Under the pieces are notes generated by a model. That model searched no databases. It was not told the DNA's origin and was given only the letters and a program-made list of their open reading frames with translations. This document shows positions 50,750 through 62,603 of a stretch of DNA of 64,000 nt, in pieces. This DNA comes from Verrucomicrobiota bacterium (lineage in GTDB: Bacteria > Verrucomicrobiota > Lentisphaeria > Lentisphaerales > Lentisphaeraceae). The translations under genes were made by a program, and so were the position numbers. Numbering within the stretch: the stretch's first letter is position 1; every line of letters begins with the position of its first letter. Where the stretch lies: assembly GCA_039798785.1 (NCBI GenBank), contig JBDKFG010000070.1:1-64000 (forward strand), written 5' to 3'.

Positions 50750-52221
50750 TTCTTCGGCGGCGCCCCGCCGTCGACACTGAGAATCGGGAAGTTGGAATTT
50801 GAAGTGCGCTGAGTCGTGAAGGCGACTTCGGCCCGCTGGATCAAGGCCTGACCGGCCTCGCTGGCGGCAAGATCCTTCTCCTGACCGAGATCGCTCAAGA
50901 CGTCATAGACCTGCCAAGGCATGAGTGACTTCTGCAAATCGCAGCGCAGGACCATGTAGCGACCGTCGAGCAAGACCGCCTGCTGCCCGCCATACTCCGG
51001 GAAATCCCAAAGGCAGGTGGCCGCTTGATACTCCGATTCCCTGCCGCTCAGGACCGGGACGATCGAGCGGCCGGTGCTGGCGGGCGCGGGCTTGGCGCCG
51101 CTGACTTCGGCTAAAGTCGACATGATGTCGTGAAAAGATAAAGCCGCGGAACTCAGCGAGCCGGCCTTGATCTTGCCGGGCCATACCGCGATCATCGGCA
51201 CCCGGAGGCCGCCGTCGAAGACCGACCCTTTCCGGCCTCGAAGCGCCCCGACGGAGGAGAAGAATTCGGTGTCGACCCCGCCGACGTTATGAGTGGCGCC
51301 GTTGTCTGAGCTGAAGATGATCAAGGTATTGTCATCCAGCCCATGTTGCTTCAAAGCCTTGCGAAGACGTCCGACATGCTCGTCGAGATAAGTGATCATC
51401 GCTGCATAACCGGCACGCGGGCGTGGATGCGGAACATACCCCTTGTCCCCGAGATAAGGGTGGGCGTCCCATTCCTTCGGATACGAATCAACGAGTCGCT
51501 GCGGCGGCTGCATGGCGACATGGGGTTCGGTGAGGGATAGGTAAAGGAAGAATGGCTTCTTGTCGGTGCCTCGCCTGGCCAGCCAGGCTTCGGCGTCGGC
51601 CATCATCCTTTCAGAGCTGTGATCGCTGCCTTGGAACTTCCCGAAGTCGCCGGAGGCGTCCTTAAGCCGTCCGTGCCCGGCAACGGCAGGCTTGTTATTG
51701 AGCTCGACGCGGACGCCATCGCTCCACAGGTGATCAGGATAAAAGCTGTGCGCCTGACGCTGGCAGATGTAACCGAAAAAGTGATCGAAACCCTGCTTGT
51801 TGGGGTTGCCGGAATTCTGGAATCCGCCGAGGCCCCATTTGCCGATACAGGCGCTGGTGTAGCCTTGGGGAGCGAGGATCTCGGGAATGGTGATCTCCTC
51901 ATCCGGAATCGGCAGCTGAGATTCGTTGCCGGCATCCTTATTGCCCCGGACATAAGATTGACCGAGATGCTTGCCAGTCATCAAGACGCAGCGGGCCGGG
52001 GCGCAGACCGGAGCGCCGCTGCGGGCATTGGTCAGTCGCATTCCATCCTGGGCAAGAAGGTCGATGTTGGGGGTGCGGATCTTCTTCTGTCCATAACAGC
52101 CGAGTTCACCGTAGCCAAGGTCGTCTGCCAAGATGAAGACGATGTTGGGCTTCGGCGCCGTAGCCGGCTTGGCTGCGGGCTCGGCAAATGCCAGGACCAG
52201 AGTCAAAAATGGGGACATCAT
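50746..52221 (-). CDS. Arylsulfatase (Cys-type, family S1)
   Basis: PNIVFILADDLGY, CAPARCVLMTG, GKWGLG, SSDNG, RGRKG..GGLRVP. Confidence 0.95.
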   Translation of the reverse strand: MMSPFLTLVLAFAEPAAKPATAPKPNIVFILADDLGYGELGCYGQKKIRTPNIDLLAQDGMRLTNARSGAPVCAPARCVLMTGKHLGQSYVRGNKDAGNESQLPIPDEEITIPEILAPQGYTSACIGKWGLGGFQNSGNPNKQGFDHFFGYICQRQAHSFYPDHLWSDGVRVELNNKPAVAGHGRLKDASGDFGKFQGSDHSSERMMADAEAWLARRGTDKKPFFLYLSLTEPHVAMQPPQRLVDSYPKEWDAHPYLGDKGYVPHPRPRAGYAAMITYLDEHVGRLRKALKQHGLDDNTLIIFSSDNGATHNVGGVDTEFFSSVGALRGRKGSVFDGGLRVPMIAVWPGKIKAGSLSSAALSFHDIMSTLAEVSGAKPAPASTGRSIVPVLSGRESEYQAATCLWDFPEYGGQQAVLLDGRYMVLRCDLQKSLMPWQVYDVLSDLGQEKDLAASEAGQALIQRAEVAFTTQRTSNSNFPILSVDGGAPPKN

Positions 52222-52278
52222 AAGATCGTTCTTCCTTCGGGCTGCTTGCTGAAACTAAATGCCGGAGAGACTCAAATG

Positions 52279-52307
52279 TTGCGACATGGTTATTTGATTT
52301 TGCGACA
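52279..52307. promoter_or_regulatory. Direct repeat TTGCGACA with 21-bp period upstream of the sulfatase
   Basis: Exact 8-mers at 52279 and 52300. Confidence 0.4.
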
Positions 52308-52309
52308 AT

Positions 52310-52966
52310 TCATTTATTTTCAAGCTTCTTCTTTTCTTCCGGAGAGGGAGTTTTCGGACTGGTCGAGGGGAAGGGCACGCGGGGGCTCCAGTCAGCGGGC
52401 GGGACGTAATTGGGGTCGGGATTGGGGAGTTCAGCGGCGCACTCGGGGGCGGGGCGAAGAGATTCCAGCGTCAGGCGCCAGGGAAGATTGCAGGATCCGG
52501 TCCCGAGCGGGGTGAGACGGGTTTCGGCAGAGAAGATGCCGACGACCTCGCAAGGGACGTCTTTGATATAGGGGACAGGCGGGCTGGGACGTATGGCGAT
52601 GACTTCATGGCTGGCAGGAGATCGGCCGGAGCAGCATGCCATCTGGTCGGGCACCAAGAGAAACATGTCGACGAGATCCTCCTGGTTGCTGCATGGCATC
52701 ATGAAACCGGCGATCCTGACTCTTTTGCCGTCTAGATCCTTGAGGCTGGCTGGCATGGCGGCGTTCACCGCCGGGATCTCCTCTTCGAGGATGTCGGTGG
52801 CGAGTGATACCGGCAGTTCCCAGCCGGAAAGCTGCTTCCAGTTGATCTTGACAGGCGGCTGAGCCGTTCCCGTGCCCGGGTTCGATTCGGCGATTTTCGG
52901 CGGCTGCGGCTTCTCCTCACAGGAAAAAAGCCATGAGACACAGATGAGGAGGAGGCAATATCGCAT
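52310..52966 (-). CDS. DUF3299-like lipoprotein
   Basis: Lipobox LFSC; LDGKRVRIAGFMMP, FLLVP...CC...P. Confidence 0.8.
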   Translation of the reverse strand: MRYCLLLICVSWLFSCEEKPQPPKIAESNPGTGTAQPPVKINWKQLSGWELPVSLATDILEEEIPAVNAAMPASLKDLDGKRVRIAGFMMPCSNQEDLVDMFLLVPDQMACCSGRSPASHEVIAIRPSPPVPYIKDVPCEVVGIFSAETRLTPLGTGSCNLPWRLTLESLRPAPECAAELPNPDPNYVPPADWSPRVPFPSTSPKTPSPEEKKKLENK

Positions 52967-53355
52967 AGGGGCTATCCGTTATAAGTCAGTTGGGAGATAT
53001 TAGCTCCCCGTCAAAAGCTCGCCCCTCGGTGAGTTGATTATCCATTCAGCAAATTGACAGGAAACTGAGCATGTCAAAACGGAGCGAGATCAGTGAAGAG
53101 GAACTCGAGGCTTGGATTGCCGGAGTCCATCAATCCTGCCCCTGCGAAGGCCGCCGCGGCCAGGCCGACGACCCTTTGACCAGATCCTGGATCAAGCAGC
53201 AGGACGTCACCCGCCAAAACTGCAGCGAAGCCCCGGAAAGCAACTGAATTCGCCAGTGTCATTTTTATTGATTTTAATGATGGCAAGCTTGCCGGATCAG
53301 CGTCTGCCAGTTTATACTTAAAGAAGTCCCACCACATCTCATCAAGGAGTTGACC

Positions 53356-55314
53356 ATGAATTGGATGCTGAAGATCGCACTGTTTGTCGGGATAAGCCCA
53401 TCGGTCCTGCTGGCACAAGGAAAGACCGAGGCAGATCAGACCGCGCCGCATCCGATGGGGCTGGGCATTCTCGGAGCCGAAGGCAATTACCAGGTCGATC
53501 ACAATGACATCTCGGTCACTGCGGTTCAAAGCGGCGGTCTGGTGGCAGGCATTGGACTGCAGGTTGGCGACAAGATCTTCGGCGCCAACGGCAAGGACTT
53601 CGAAGCCGCGACCAACAACATCCTCGACGGCGGCAAGGGACCTCAAGAAGGCCTTGGCTATGCCATCCAGTCCAGCCTGAAGAACCGCACTCCGCTGGAA
53701 TTGAAGGTGAAGCGAGGCTCGCAGACCCTCACCCTCAAGGTCCCCCTGCCGCCGCTCCGTCCCTTTGCCAAATCTTATCCGGAGAACTGTCCTCGCACCG
53801 ACAAGATCCTTGAGGAGTGGTGCTCCTATCTCAGAGCCAACGCCGGACCCGATGTGGCCTGGGGCAACCGCTATGTCACCAGCAGCGCTTGCGGACTCTG
53901 TCTTCTCGCCAACGGCGACAAGAAAGATGCCAAGATGCTGAAAGATCTGGCGCATCGCTTCTGCCAGGAATGGGAAACCTTGAAGGTTCAAGGCGGCCTT
54001 CACTCCTGGAATGTCGTTTACACCGGCACCTATCTTTGCGAGTACTATCTGGCGACCGGCGACACCGCCGTACTGCCGACGATCAAGCTGATTTGCGAAG
54101 ACTTGGTCAAACGCTTGGGCGCCAACGGCCGCAGCGGCCACGGTTACGAAGTGGGCTACGACGGCGCCGGCCTCAACATCATCACCACCAACAAGCTTCT
54201 GGTCTGGGCGCTCGCCGGCAAATGCGGCGTCAAGATCGACACCGAGGCCTTTGACCGTGCCTACAAGCACTGCCTCGCTTCTCAGCAGGGGGACGGCTGC
54301 GTCTGCTACATCATCAACGGAGGCGGAGCCGACGGCCTCGGCCGCACCGGCATCTTCGCCCTGGCCATGGCGATCAGCGGCAAGGACAAGGAGAAAGGCC
54401 TCTTCGCCAGCACCTTCATCCACACTCATATGAAGCAGGCCCGCGAATGCCACGCCAACGGCGTCATGGGCATGCTCTGGGCTCCCGCCGCCCTCTCGCT
54501 CTACAACCAGAAAGGCTACCGCGAGTTCATGGATTACTGGGCCTGGTACTTCGAGCTGGCGAACCGTCCAGAGAAAGACGCCATGCCGGTCTGGTACATC
54601 GGATCGAAACGCAACAACGGTGGCGACGAATACCTCAACAAGGAACTTTATTTCCTTGGCTGCGCCGGCAGCGCCCTCGCCGTCGGAAAACACAATCTCT
54701 TCATCCACGGCAACACCAAGCGCGGCTGGCTGCTCGGCAAGCGGAGCGGCGGCATGATCGCCGCCTATCGCACCTCCTGCAAAAGCAGCGCCGAGCTGCT
54801 CGATGCAGTGGCCGACAAGGTCGAAGACTTGAGCGCTCCCGAGGAGCTCAAGGACGCACTTGCCTTCTCTCGCGACGCCGCCCGCATCTCTGAGAAAGGG
54901 AAGAACTTCCGCGAGGAGCTGATCGGCAAAGTCCGGACTCGTGCCGGCAAGCTTGCAGCATTCTCCGCACTCCGTCCTGCTTACGCCCAGAGTCGCCTCA
55001 AGACGCTCGGGGACCTGTGCTCCGCCGACGCCGAGCTGGGCCCTGAAATGAAACTGCTCTACAAGCGCGCCGGCGGCGATCCCTCCCGCAGCGCCCCGGC
55101 GGCGGTCCTCTACGATGAAGCCGCATCCTTGCTGGGGGGGGGAGGCGACGGCAAGAAGATCTCCGCCTCGACTCAAGCGATCCGATTCAAAAGCTTCGTC
55201 ACCAAGATCGAAGCCTTGTGCAAGGCTCGCGACATCAGCGCCGATGAAAGGCTGGAGCTGGAGGCCCTCGCCGAATGGGCGCGCAACAAAGCGCAAAGCT
55301 TGTCGGAGTCTTGA
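53356..55314 (+). CDS. Secreted DUF6288-like protein (PDZ-like + alpha/alpha barrel)
   Basis: RBS aaggag; signal peptide; GLQVGDKIFGANG, FAKSYPENCPRT, YLCEYYLATGD, GHGYE.GY. Confidence 0.8.
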   Translation: MNWMLKIALFVGISPSVLLAQGKTEADQTAPHPMGLGILGAEGNYQVDHNDISVTAVQSGGLVAGIGLQVGDKIFGANGKDFEAATNNILDGGKGPQEGLGYAIQSSLKNRTPLELKVKRGSQTLTLKVPLPPLRPFAKSYPENCPRTDKILEEWCSYLRANAGPDVAWGNRYVTSSACGLCLLANGDKKDAKMLKDLAHRFCQEWETLKVQGGLHSWNVVYTGTYLCEYYLATGDTAVLPTIKLICEDLVKRLGANGRSGHGYEVGYDGAGLNIITTNKLLVWALAGKCGVKIDTEAFDRAYKHCLASQQGDGCVCYIINGGGADGLGRTGIFALAMAISGKDKEKGLFASTFIHTHMKQARECHANGVMGMLWAPAALSLYNQKGYREFMDYWAWYFELANRPEKDAMPVWYIGSKRNNGGDEYLNKELYFLGCAGSALAVGKHNLFIHGNTKRGWLLGKRSGGMIAAYRTSCKSSAELLDAVADKVEDLSAPEELKDALAFSRDAARISEKGKNFREELIGKVRTRAGKLAAFSALRPAYAQSRLKTLGDLCSADAELGPEMKLLYKRAGGDPSRSAPAAVLYDEAASLLGGGGDGKKISASTQAIRFKSFVTKIEALCKARDISADERLELEALAEWARNKAQSLSES

Positions 55315-57312
55315 ATGAACGAGCCTGTTCAAGAACCGAATCTGGTCTGCCCTTCCTGCGGCACCAGCACGCCTTGCGGAGACGCGCCCCCCTTCAGCGT
55401 CCTCCCCTGCAGCGGCTGCTCCACCTCTCTCGACGTGCCCATGCACTTCAGCACCCTCACCTTGACCTCCCGACTCGGGGAATCGGCCCTTGGCGTCGTC
55501 TGCAAAAGCAAGGACGCCGAGGGACCGGGGCTGGTGCGGATACTTTGCGGCAAAGTCGATTTGAAAGAGGAGGTGAGCGCGGAGAAGCTGCTCGAAACGG
55601 TCTCCCCCCTCAATTTCCGCCAACAAGCCGGCTTTGCGCTCGCCACCAAAGTGGTCGAAGATGATGGTGTCTTCGCCCTTCACCGTCCCTTCGTGAACGC
55701 CTCGGCCGGCGCCAGGCTCAAGGAGAAAGGTGCCATCGACCGCCTCAAGACACTGATCATCATGGAGCAGACCTGCCGCTTACTGAAATCCTGGACAGAA
55801 GCCAAGTTCCATCCCGTTCTGCGGCCGTCGCAACTCGGCCTTGACGCCGACGGCCGCGTCGTCCTTCTCGATCCGGGCCTCCATGAGTCGCTGGTCTCTC
55901 ACGCTCTGGTCGAGGAGAGCTCCATCCCCAAACTCATTCCAGCTCCCTACGCCGGTAAAAACTTCCTCGCCAAGCAACGCTTCGACCTCTCAGGGACGAT
56001 CTATTCCATCGCCGTTACCGCCCATGAGCTCCTGACCGGCAAGCTTCCCTGCACCATCGAGATCCCGAAAGTCCAGCTCACCGCTCGTTCGGCGTTGACT
56101 CCAGACAGCGGCCTTCCTAGTGATCTCCGCGACTTCCTCCAACCTCTCTTGCGGGAAGAAGCGACTCCCTCCCTGCAATTGCTTGCCGATCAGTTCAAGG
56201 CTTTGCAGACGCCAGGGACCCCCCTTCCCGGCGCCGACGCAGGCGCACCACCACCGCCGGCCGCTGCCGCCATCGCACTGGAGCCATCTTCCGCAAGCTC
56301 TGAGCTTGTCGCGAAAACTGAAGCCAAGTCCCCCGAGCCCCAGATAAAACTCCAAATTTCCGAGAACGAGCCTCGCCGCCACATGCGTCGCGGCAGCAGC
56401 ACGGGCGGCATCAGTGCCAGCACTGTCGGCATCGTCGTCCTCGGTGTCGGCACTCTCTGCCTGCTGCCCCTCCTCTTCCAAAAGAAGGATGCGCCGCCCC
56501 ACCTTGCCCAGACCCAGCCGGCGCAACGTAAAGCCACTCCGCCCCCTGCTCCGCCCCCCAAAGCGCCGCAGCAGACTCCTCCCAAGAGCCGCGCGCTGAT
56601 GGACAGCCTGATCCCCGTCGACATCAAGGACGGAGGCGGCCCTCAAGTCGTCAAACAAGAGCTGGTTCAAGAAGAAGTTTCGCTTTTCGACCGCATGATG
56701 CGCGGCGAAGACACCGTCGCCGATGCTCCTGCCGTGCTCCTCTCCGCCGCCGACATACCAAAAGCCTACGGCAAACTGCGCCCGCCGGACTTCCAAATCA
56801 ATCTCCTGCGCGCGGAATGCAACAACATCCTCGCGTCCATCCCCGCCGAGCGGCGCGAAATGGAAGGCAAGCGATTTGACTATCTCCAAGATGTCATGTC
56901 GCGTGTGGTCAAGGCGATCCGTTACGGCACCGCACACAAGGGGCAATTCCCCTGCGGCGAGGGCAAAGCCATGGTCGGTGAACTCACTAATGCGGATTGG
57001 AGCGGCATCACCGTCATCACCTCGTCAGGCGAGAAAAAAATCTCCTGGCAGCAAGGAGGGCTTGCCCTTCTCCACGATCTCACCGTGTGGTACGCCCAGG
57101 AACCCCTCGCCAAGGGATTGCCCGACGACGATGTTCCGGTGGAAATTCTTGCCGAGGCTGCCCGCTGGTATGCTAATCTGGCCGTTATCGCCGCCTGGTA
57201 CGGTGACGACGAAATGGCCGCCGAAGCCTATCGTAAAGTCAGGCTGATCTCCCCTTCACTCGGCAAGGAAATCAAACCCATGCTCACCCGCCCGCCCGAA
57301 CTGGCCCAATAA
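55315..57312 (+). CDS. Membrane-anchored pseudokinase (Zn ribbon + degenerate Ser/Thr kinase + TM + extracytoplasmic domain)
   Basis: CPSC..CSGC; LGESALG, HPVLRPSQ, DPG, IYSIA...ELLTGKLP; TM GIVVLGVGTLCLLPLLF. Confidence 0.75.
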   Translation: MNEPVQEPNLVCPSCGTSTPCGDAPPFSVLPCSGCSTSLDVPMHFSTLTLTSRLGESALGVVCKSKDAEGPGLVRILCGKVDLKEEVSAEKLLETVSPLNFRQQAGFALATKVVEDDGVFALHRPFVNASAGARLKEKGAIDRLKTLIIMEQTCRLLKSWTEAKFHPVLRPSQLGLDADGRVVLLDPGLHESLVSHALVEESSIPKLIPAPYAGKNFLAKQRFDLSGTIYSIAVTAHELLTGKLPCTIEIPKVQLTARSALTPDSGLPSDLRDFLQPLLREEATPSLQLLADQFKALQTPGTPLPGADAGAPPPPAAAAIALEPSSASSELVAKTEAKSPEPQIKLQISENEPRRHMRRGSSTGGISASTVGIVVLGVGTLCLLPLLFQKKDAPPHLAQTQPAQRKATPPPAPPPKAPQQTPPKSRALMDSLIPVDIKDGGGPQVVKQELVQEEVSLFDRMMRGEDTVADAPAVLLSAADIPKAYGKLRPPDFQINLLRAECNNILASIPAERREMEGKRFDYLQDVMSRVVKAIRYGTAHKGQFPCGEGKAMVGELTNADWSGITVITSSGEKKISWQQGGLALLHDLTVWYAQEPLAKGLPDDDVPVEILAEAARWYANLAVIAAWYGDDEMAAEAYRKVRLISPSLGKEIKPMLTRPPELAQ

Positions 57313-57354
57313 GGTACTGGGCGGCGCAGTCAACTCATTACAGGACGCTTCAAG

Positions 57355-57900
57355 TCACTTCTCCTCGACATGGCCGTCACCAAGAAGAATGTTCTCCTTC
57401 CCGTTGACTTTGTGCTTGCACTCGACCGGGGTGGTTCCGACGTCGGAGATCAGAAGGGAATCGCAATTGTTGACCACAGCCCAGGTGTCTCCGGCAAGGA
57501 AGGGTGTCGGCACCGCAACGATGTAGTTGCGCAAGCTTCCCCCTCCCTTGTTAAAGGCGAAATCACCGAGCGGACTAAAGGAATTGTGACTGCTGGCCCG
57601 CGCCGCGGCGCAACTGAGAATGGCGTTGTCGAAACCAAAGCCCTGGATGCCGGTGACGGGATGAGTATTGGCGGCATTGATCTCAATCCGTGCGACCAAG
57701 GAGGAGCCGAATTCGCGCGATGTTCCATCGGAGTAGTAGGTCCCCAAGCTGAGCCCCATCTGCTTCAAGTGATTTTTGCACTTGCTGACATTCGCCCGTT
57801 CGCGGACGGATCCGAGAGCTGGGAGGAGCATCGCGGCCAAGATGCCGATGATGGCCACCACCACCAGCAACTCGATCAAGGTGAATGAGCGGCTGCGCAT
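57355..57900 (-). CDS. Prepilin-type N-terminal cleavage/methylation protein
   Basis: [39 protein letters not shown]-terminal H...[10 protein letters not shown]. Confidence 0.9.
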   Translation of the reverse strand: MRSRSFTLIELLVVVAIIGILAAMLLPALGSVRERANVSKCKNHLKQMGLSLGTYYSDGTSREFGSSLVARIEINAANTHPVTGIQGFGFDNAILSCAAARASSHNSFSPLGDFAFNKGGGSLRNYIVAVPTPFLAGDTWAVVNNCDSLLISDVGTTPVECKHKVNGKENILLGDGHVEEK

Positions 57901-57989
57901 TTCGGGCCTCCTGTTTGAACCCATTGTAGACCGCCTAGCCGCTCGTCACAAGTCCCTGATAGGCTCCCTTTGCAGATCAACGGACCGAT

Positions 57990-60788
57990 TCATTCCACTG
58001 ACAGTTCCTGCACGGCACTGTGCTCGCCCTTATCATTCAAAGGCTCCAAGACCCAGAGGACATAGCGGGCAGTGGCAAGCAAGCCTTGTGACTTGAGCTG
58101 AGTCGACACCATCTCAGTGTCGGCATCGGCACGGATGGCGGCCAAGGGCTGACATTTCGACAAGTCAAAACCTGGATCTTCGACACTCGCATAGACAATC
58201 AATCGTTGGGCGCTGCGTCGTCCGTCTTGATTGAAGCTCCAAGTGTTGATGGCGGAAATCTTCTGGACCGCACCGAGATCCATCTTGTAGATTCCCCGGC
58301 CGACGTCATTGCCGAAAATGGCACCGTAATTCCGAGCCAGAGCCCCGTCGACAAGTGTGCCGAGAGCTTCGTTGCGGGTCTCAGGCCTGGAGCTGAGGCG
58401 GCCACTCGTCGCCGGACCCGGCAGGGCTTTGCCCGGGACCACGAACTCATAGCTTTCTATTCTGAGAGTCATCGGCTTCTGGCCTCGGACCAGGCTGATC
58501 ACCAGGGGCTTGCCGGCGGACGCGTCGCGCTGCTTCAGGAAGTCGCGGATGCGAGGGGTCTTGACGCCGTTAAGCCCCAGAATCAGATCGCCGGCAAGGA
58601 AGCCCGCCCTGGAAGCGGCGCTGTCCGGAGAGACCATTTCCATGGCGATGCCGCCGTCGACGCGGGCGACTCCATAAGCAGAGAATTCTTCGCCTCCGAT
58701 GTCCCGAACCTTGGCTTGCAGCCAGACCGCAGCATCCAAGGTCTCCCCGGAATTGGCCTTGAATTTCATGCTGGGCATCTCAGGGCATCTCGCAATGGCG
58801 CGCAGCTTCGCGATGCGGACTCCATAGGTGATCTTCGGCAGCGACGGTATGCCGAAGTCTTTGGCGGCGGAACTGGCCTTGAAGCTGAAATCTCCCTGTG
58901 TCGGATCATTGAAACCGGGTTCACCGGATTTCGATGCTGCATCGCAGCCTTGCTTCAGAAACCTGGCGCAATCTTCGGCGGCGCTGAAGAAATTGCCGTC
59001 GATGCGGCCCGGCCAGGTGCCACCGGGCATCACCGCAGGTGCGTGTGCCGCCATGAAGAGGTTGCCGCTCACTTCGTCGCCACAATGAGGATACCAGACA
59101 TGCGGATGCAAGCCGTTGTTGATAACAATATTACCGGTTGCCTTCCGGTAGAAGCCTTCGCGCAGCTTGAGTCCGCCATTGAGCAGGAGATTGCCGCTGA
59201 TTTGGTAGTTTGACGAACCGTCGTCGAGGTCGATGTCCCAACCGTGGTCGCAGCGCCAGCGCGAGTTGCGAAGGATGTTGGTCTCCACCACGTCGAGCTT
59301 GGCGAGCTCGGCCATCCTCTCTGGCGTGCAGTCCTTCAATCCCCAGAAGCGGTCGCGCCCCCAGGAGTTGAAACTGCCGTGGTCGCCGGTTTCTTTCACC
59401 GTATCAAAGACATCGCAGCCTTCGACGATGTGCCCCCCCCAGCAGCCGTCGCCGATGTTGATGCCGGCGCGGGGCATGTCGTAGATGCTGCAGTGACGAA
59501 CGGTGATCCGCGCGGCCATGTCCATGCCGACGCCGGTGGCCTGTTTCTCGACCCGGCCGATCTCGTGAATGAGACAGTCTTCGACGAGGCAATCTGCCGG
59601 ATAGTCATCAGTCTTGGGGCCGGGCGTCAGGTCGATGTCCTTTAGGCTCTGGCGCTGATTGTATTCGAAGAGCGGGTTGCGCACCGCCTTGGGCAGGCCG
59701 ACGAACATGATGCCGCCGGCGCCCGCCTGATAAATTCGGTTGCTGCGGAACTGAAGGCGGCGATTGTAACCGCTGGCGAAGATGGCGTTGCCGCCGAGCT
59801 GATCAAAGAAACAGTCCTCGGCAGAGCAATCGGTGGCCCCCTCGAAGTAGAGTGCTCCGGCGCGGCAGATGGTCCAGTCAGTCCGCAGCAAGGGCTCTTT
59901 GGTCTCCATGAAGGTGCGGACGCTGTGGCGGAAGGTCAATCCCTTGAGGGCGACGTGCTGCACCGGCTTAGCGATGTCGCCGCGAAATTCGATCAGGTTT
60001 TTCAGCCGTGCGGCCTCCACCTGGGCCTTGCCGAGATCGATGCCGGCTGGTGGATGATAGTAGAGGCTCCGGCTCTTGGAATTGAAGAACCATTCACCTG
60101 GTGCATCGAGCTCCTCGAAGATGTTTTCGACGTAGCGATCTCTGTGGTGCGGAGCGCTGGCACGGTTTCCCTGCCAGCCGCCTTCCATCCTGACATTCCC
60201 ATTTTCGTCCTTGCCGATGATGCGGTAGCTGAAGCCGCCCCAGTGATGCTCGTGCATGGCGTGCATGAATCCACCTGCAGGATCGGCCCACCGTGCGGCC
60301 CGTTCGCGACTGACGCAATCAGATGCGGTGCCGTTGAAGACTTTCGCATTGACGTCGAAGTCCGGATAGCGGGCCATTACCTGCCTCGCGCCGTTAATGA
60401 AGAGCTGATCAATGTCGATGCCCGCCGGCACCTGAGCCTGGAAAATGCCATCCTTCCACGGCTTCCATTCGAGCTTGAGAACGGCGCCGCCGCTGATCAC
60501 CGCATCCTCTCCAGATACAGATTGCCAAAGCACGGGAAACACCGCAGTGCCGGAATCGACAGCCGTGAAGACCAAGGGCTGGGAGAGATGATAGACGCCG
60601 CCATGGAGATGAACCGTCACTGCCTCCTTGCCGAGGAAGGAACGCGCTGCCTTCTGAGCAGCGGCGAGACTTTGAAGCGGCTTGCTGGCACTTCCGTCGT
60701 TGCGATCGTCTCCTTGCGGCGAGAGGTGGATGTCTGCTGCAGCGGCGCTGCAACAGGCGGCGAGTAAAGCAAGGACGAAGTTTTTCAT
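57990..60788 (-). CDS. Secreted right-handed beta-helix (GH141-like) protein with PDZ and C-terminal beta-sandwich domains
   Basis: SPQGDDRNDGS.SKP, ARYP, ENIFEELDAPGEW, GDHGSFNSWGRDR, DLDDGSSN; PDZ SAASRAGFLAGDLIL. Confidence 0.8.
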   Translation of the reverse strand: MKNFVLALLAACCSAAAADIHLSPQGDDRNDGSASKPLQSLAAAQKAARSFLGKEAVTVHLHGGVYHLSQPLVFTAVDSGTAVFPVLWQSVSGEDAVISGGAVLKLEWKPWKDGIFQAQVPAGIDIDQLFINGARQVMARYPDFDVNAKVFNGTASDCVSRERAARWADPAGGFMHAMHEHHWGGFSYRIIGKDENGNVRMEGGWQGNRASAPHHRDRYVENIFEELDAPGEWFFNSKSRSLYYHPPAGIDLGKAQVEAARLKNLIEFRGDIAKPVQHVALKGLTFRHSVRTFMETKEPLLRTDWTICRAGALYFEGATDCSAEDCFFDQLGGNAIFASGYNRRLQFRSNRIYQAGAGGIMFVGLPKAVRNPLFEYNQRQSLKDIDLTPGPKTDDYPADCLVEDCLIHEIGRVEKQATGVGMDMAARITVRHCSIYDMPRAGINIGDGCWGGHIVEGCDVFDTVKETGDHGSFNSWGRDRFWGLKDCTPERMAELAKLDVVETNILRNSRWRCDHGWDIDLDDGSSNYQISGNLLLNGGLKLREGFYRKATGNIVINNGLHPHVWYPHCGDEVSGNLFMAAHAPAVMPGGTWPGRIDGNFFSAAEDCARFLKQGCDAASKSGEPGFNDPTQGDFSFKASSAAKDFGIPSLPKITYGVRIAKLRAIARCPEMPSMKFKANSGETLDAAVWLQAKVRDIGGEEFSAYGVARVDGGIAMEMVSPDSAASRAGFLAGDLILGLNGVKTPRIRDFLKQRDASAGKPLVISLVRGQKPMTLRIESYEFVVPGKALPGPATSGRLSSRPETRNEALGTLVDGALARNYGAIFGNDVGRGIYKMDLGAVQKISAINTWSFNQDGRRSAQRLIVYASVEDPGFDLSKCQPLAAIRADADTEMVSTQLKSQGLLATARYVLWVLEPLNDKGEHSAVQELSVE

Positions 60789-60980
60789 GTCGGGATTCCT
60801 GAGTTGGCCTTGGGAGTCAGAGTCTCAAAACCGAGACCTGTTCCATAAAATCCCATTTTTTATAATAATCAAGGGCTGAAGAAGCTCAGGTCACCGATTT
60901 CCGTCTTGCTCCATCCGAATTCTACGGTCTCACTTGGGTCCCGGTTCCACCGGGATAGGAGAAACGCGTGCACCACGTCA

Positions 60981-61008
60981 AAGCCCGTCGCATTCCTGCG
61001 ACGGGCTT
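60981..61008 (-). terminator. Hairpin, probable terminator of nrfHA
   Basis: aagcccgtcgca-ttcc-tgcgacgggctt, a perfect 12-bp stem 16 nt past the nrfA stop. Confidence 0.65.
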
Positions 61009-61024
61009 CTCAATCTTCTGGATG

Positions 61025-62521
<1,497 letters not shown>

Positions 62522-62560
62522 GGGATCTCTCCTTGATCTCTGGGGGTTCTCTTCGCTCAA

Positions 62561-62603
62561 TTCGTAATTCTTAAACTCTTAACTCTTAACTCTTAACTGT
62601 TTA
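62561..62603. repeat. Heptamer tandem repeat (CTCTTAA-type) between nrfH and nrfA
   Basis: ttcgtaa ttcttaa (a)ctcttaa ctcttaa ctcttaa ctgttta; the last unit contains the nrfH stop. Confidence 0.85.

Noticed and set aside
52999..53011. tagctccccgt match to the reverse complement near 25205-25214
   Set aside because: Only 11 nt, plausibly chance in 64 kb.
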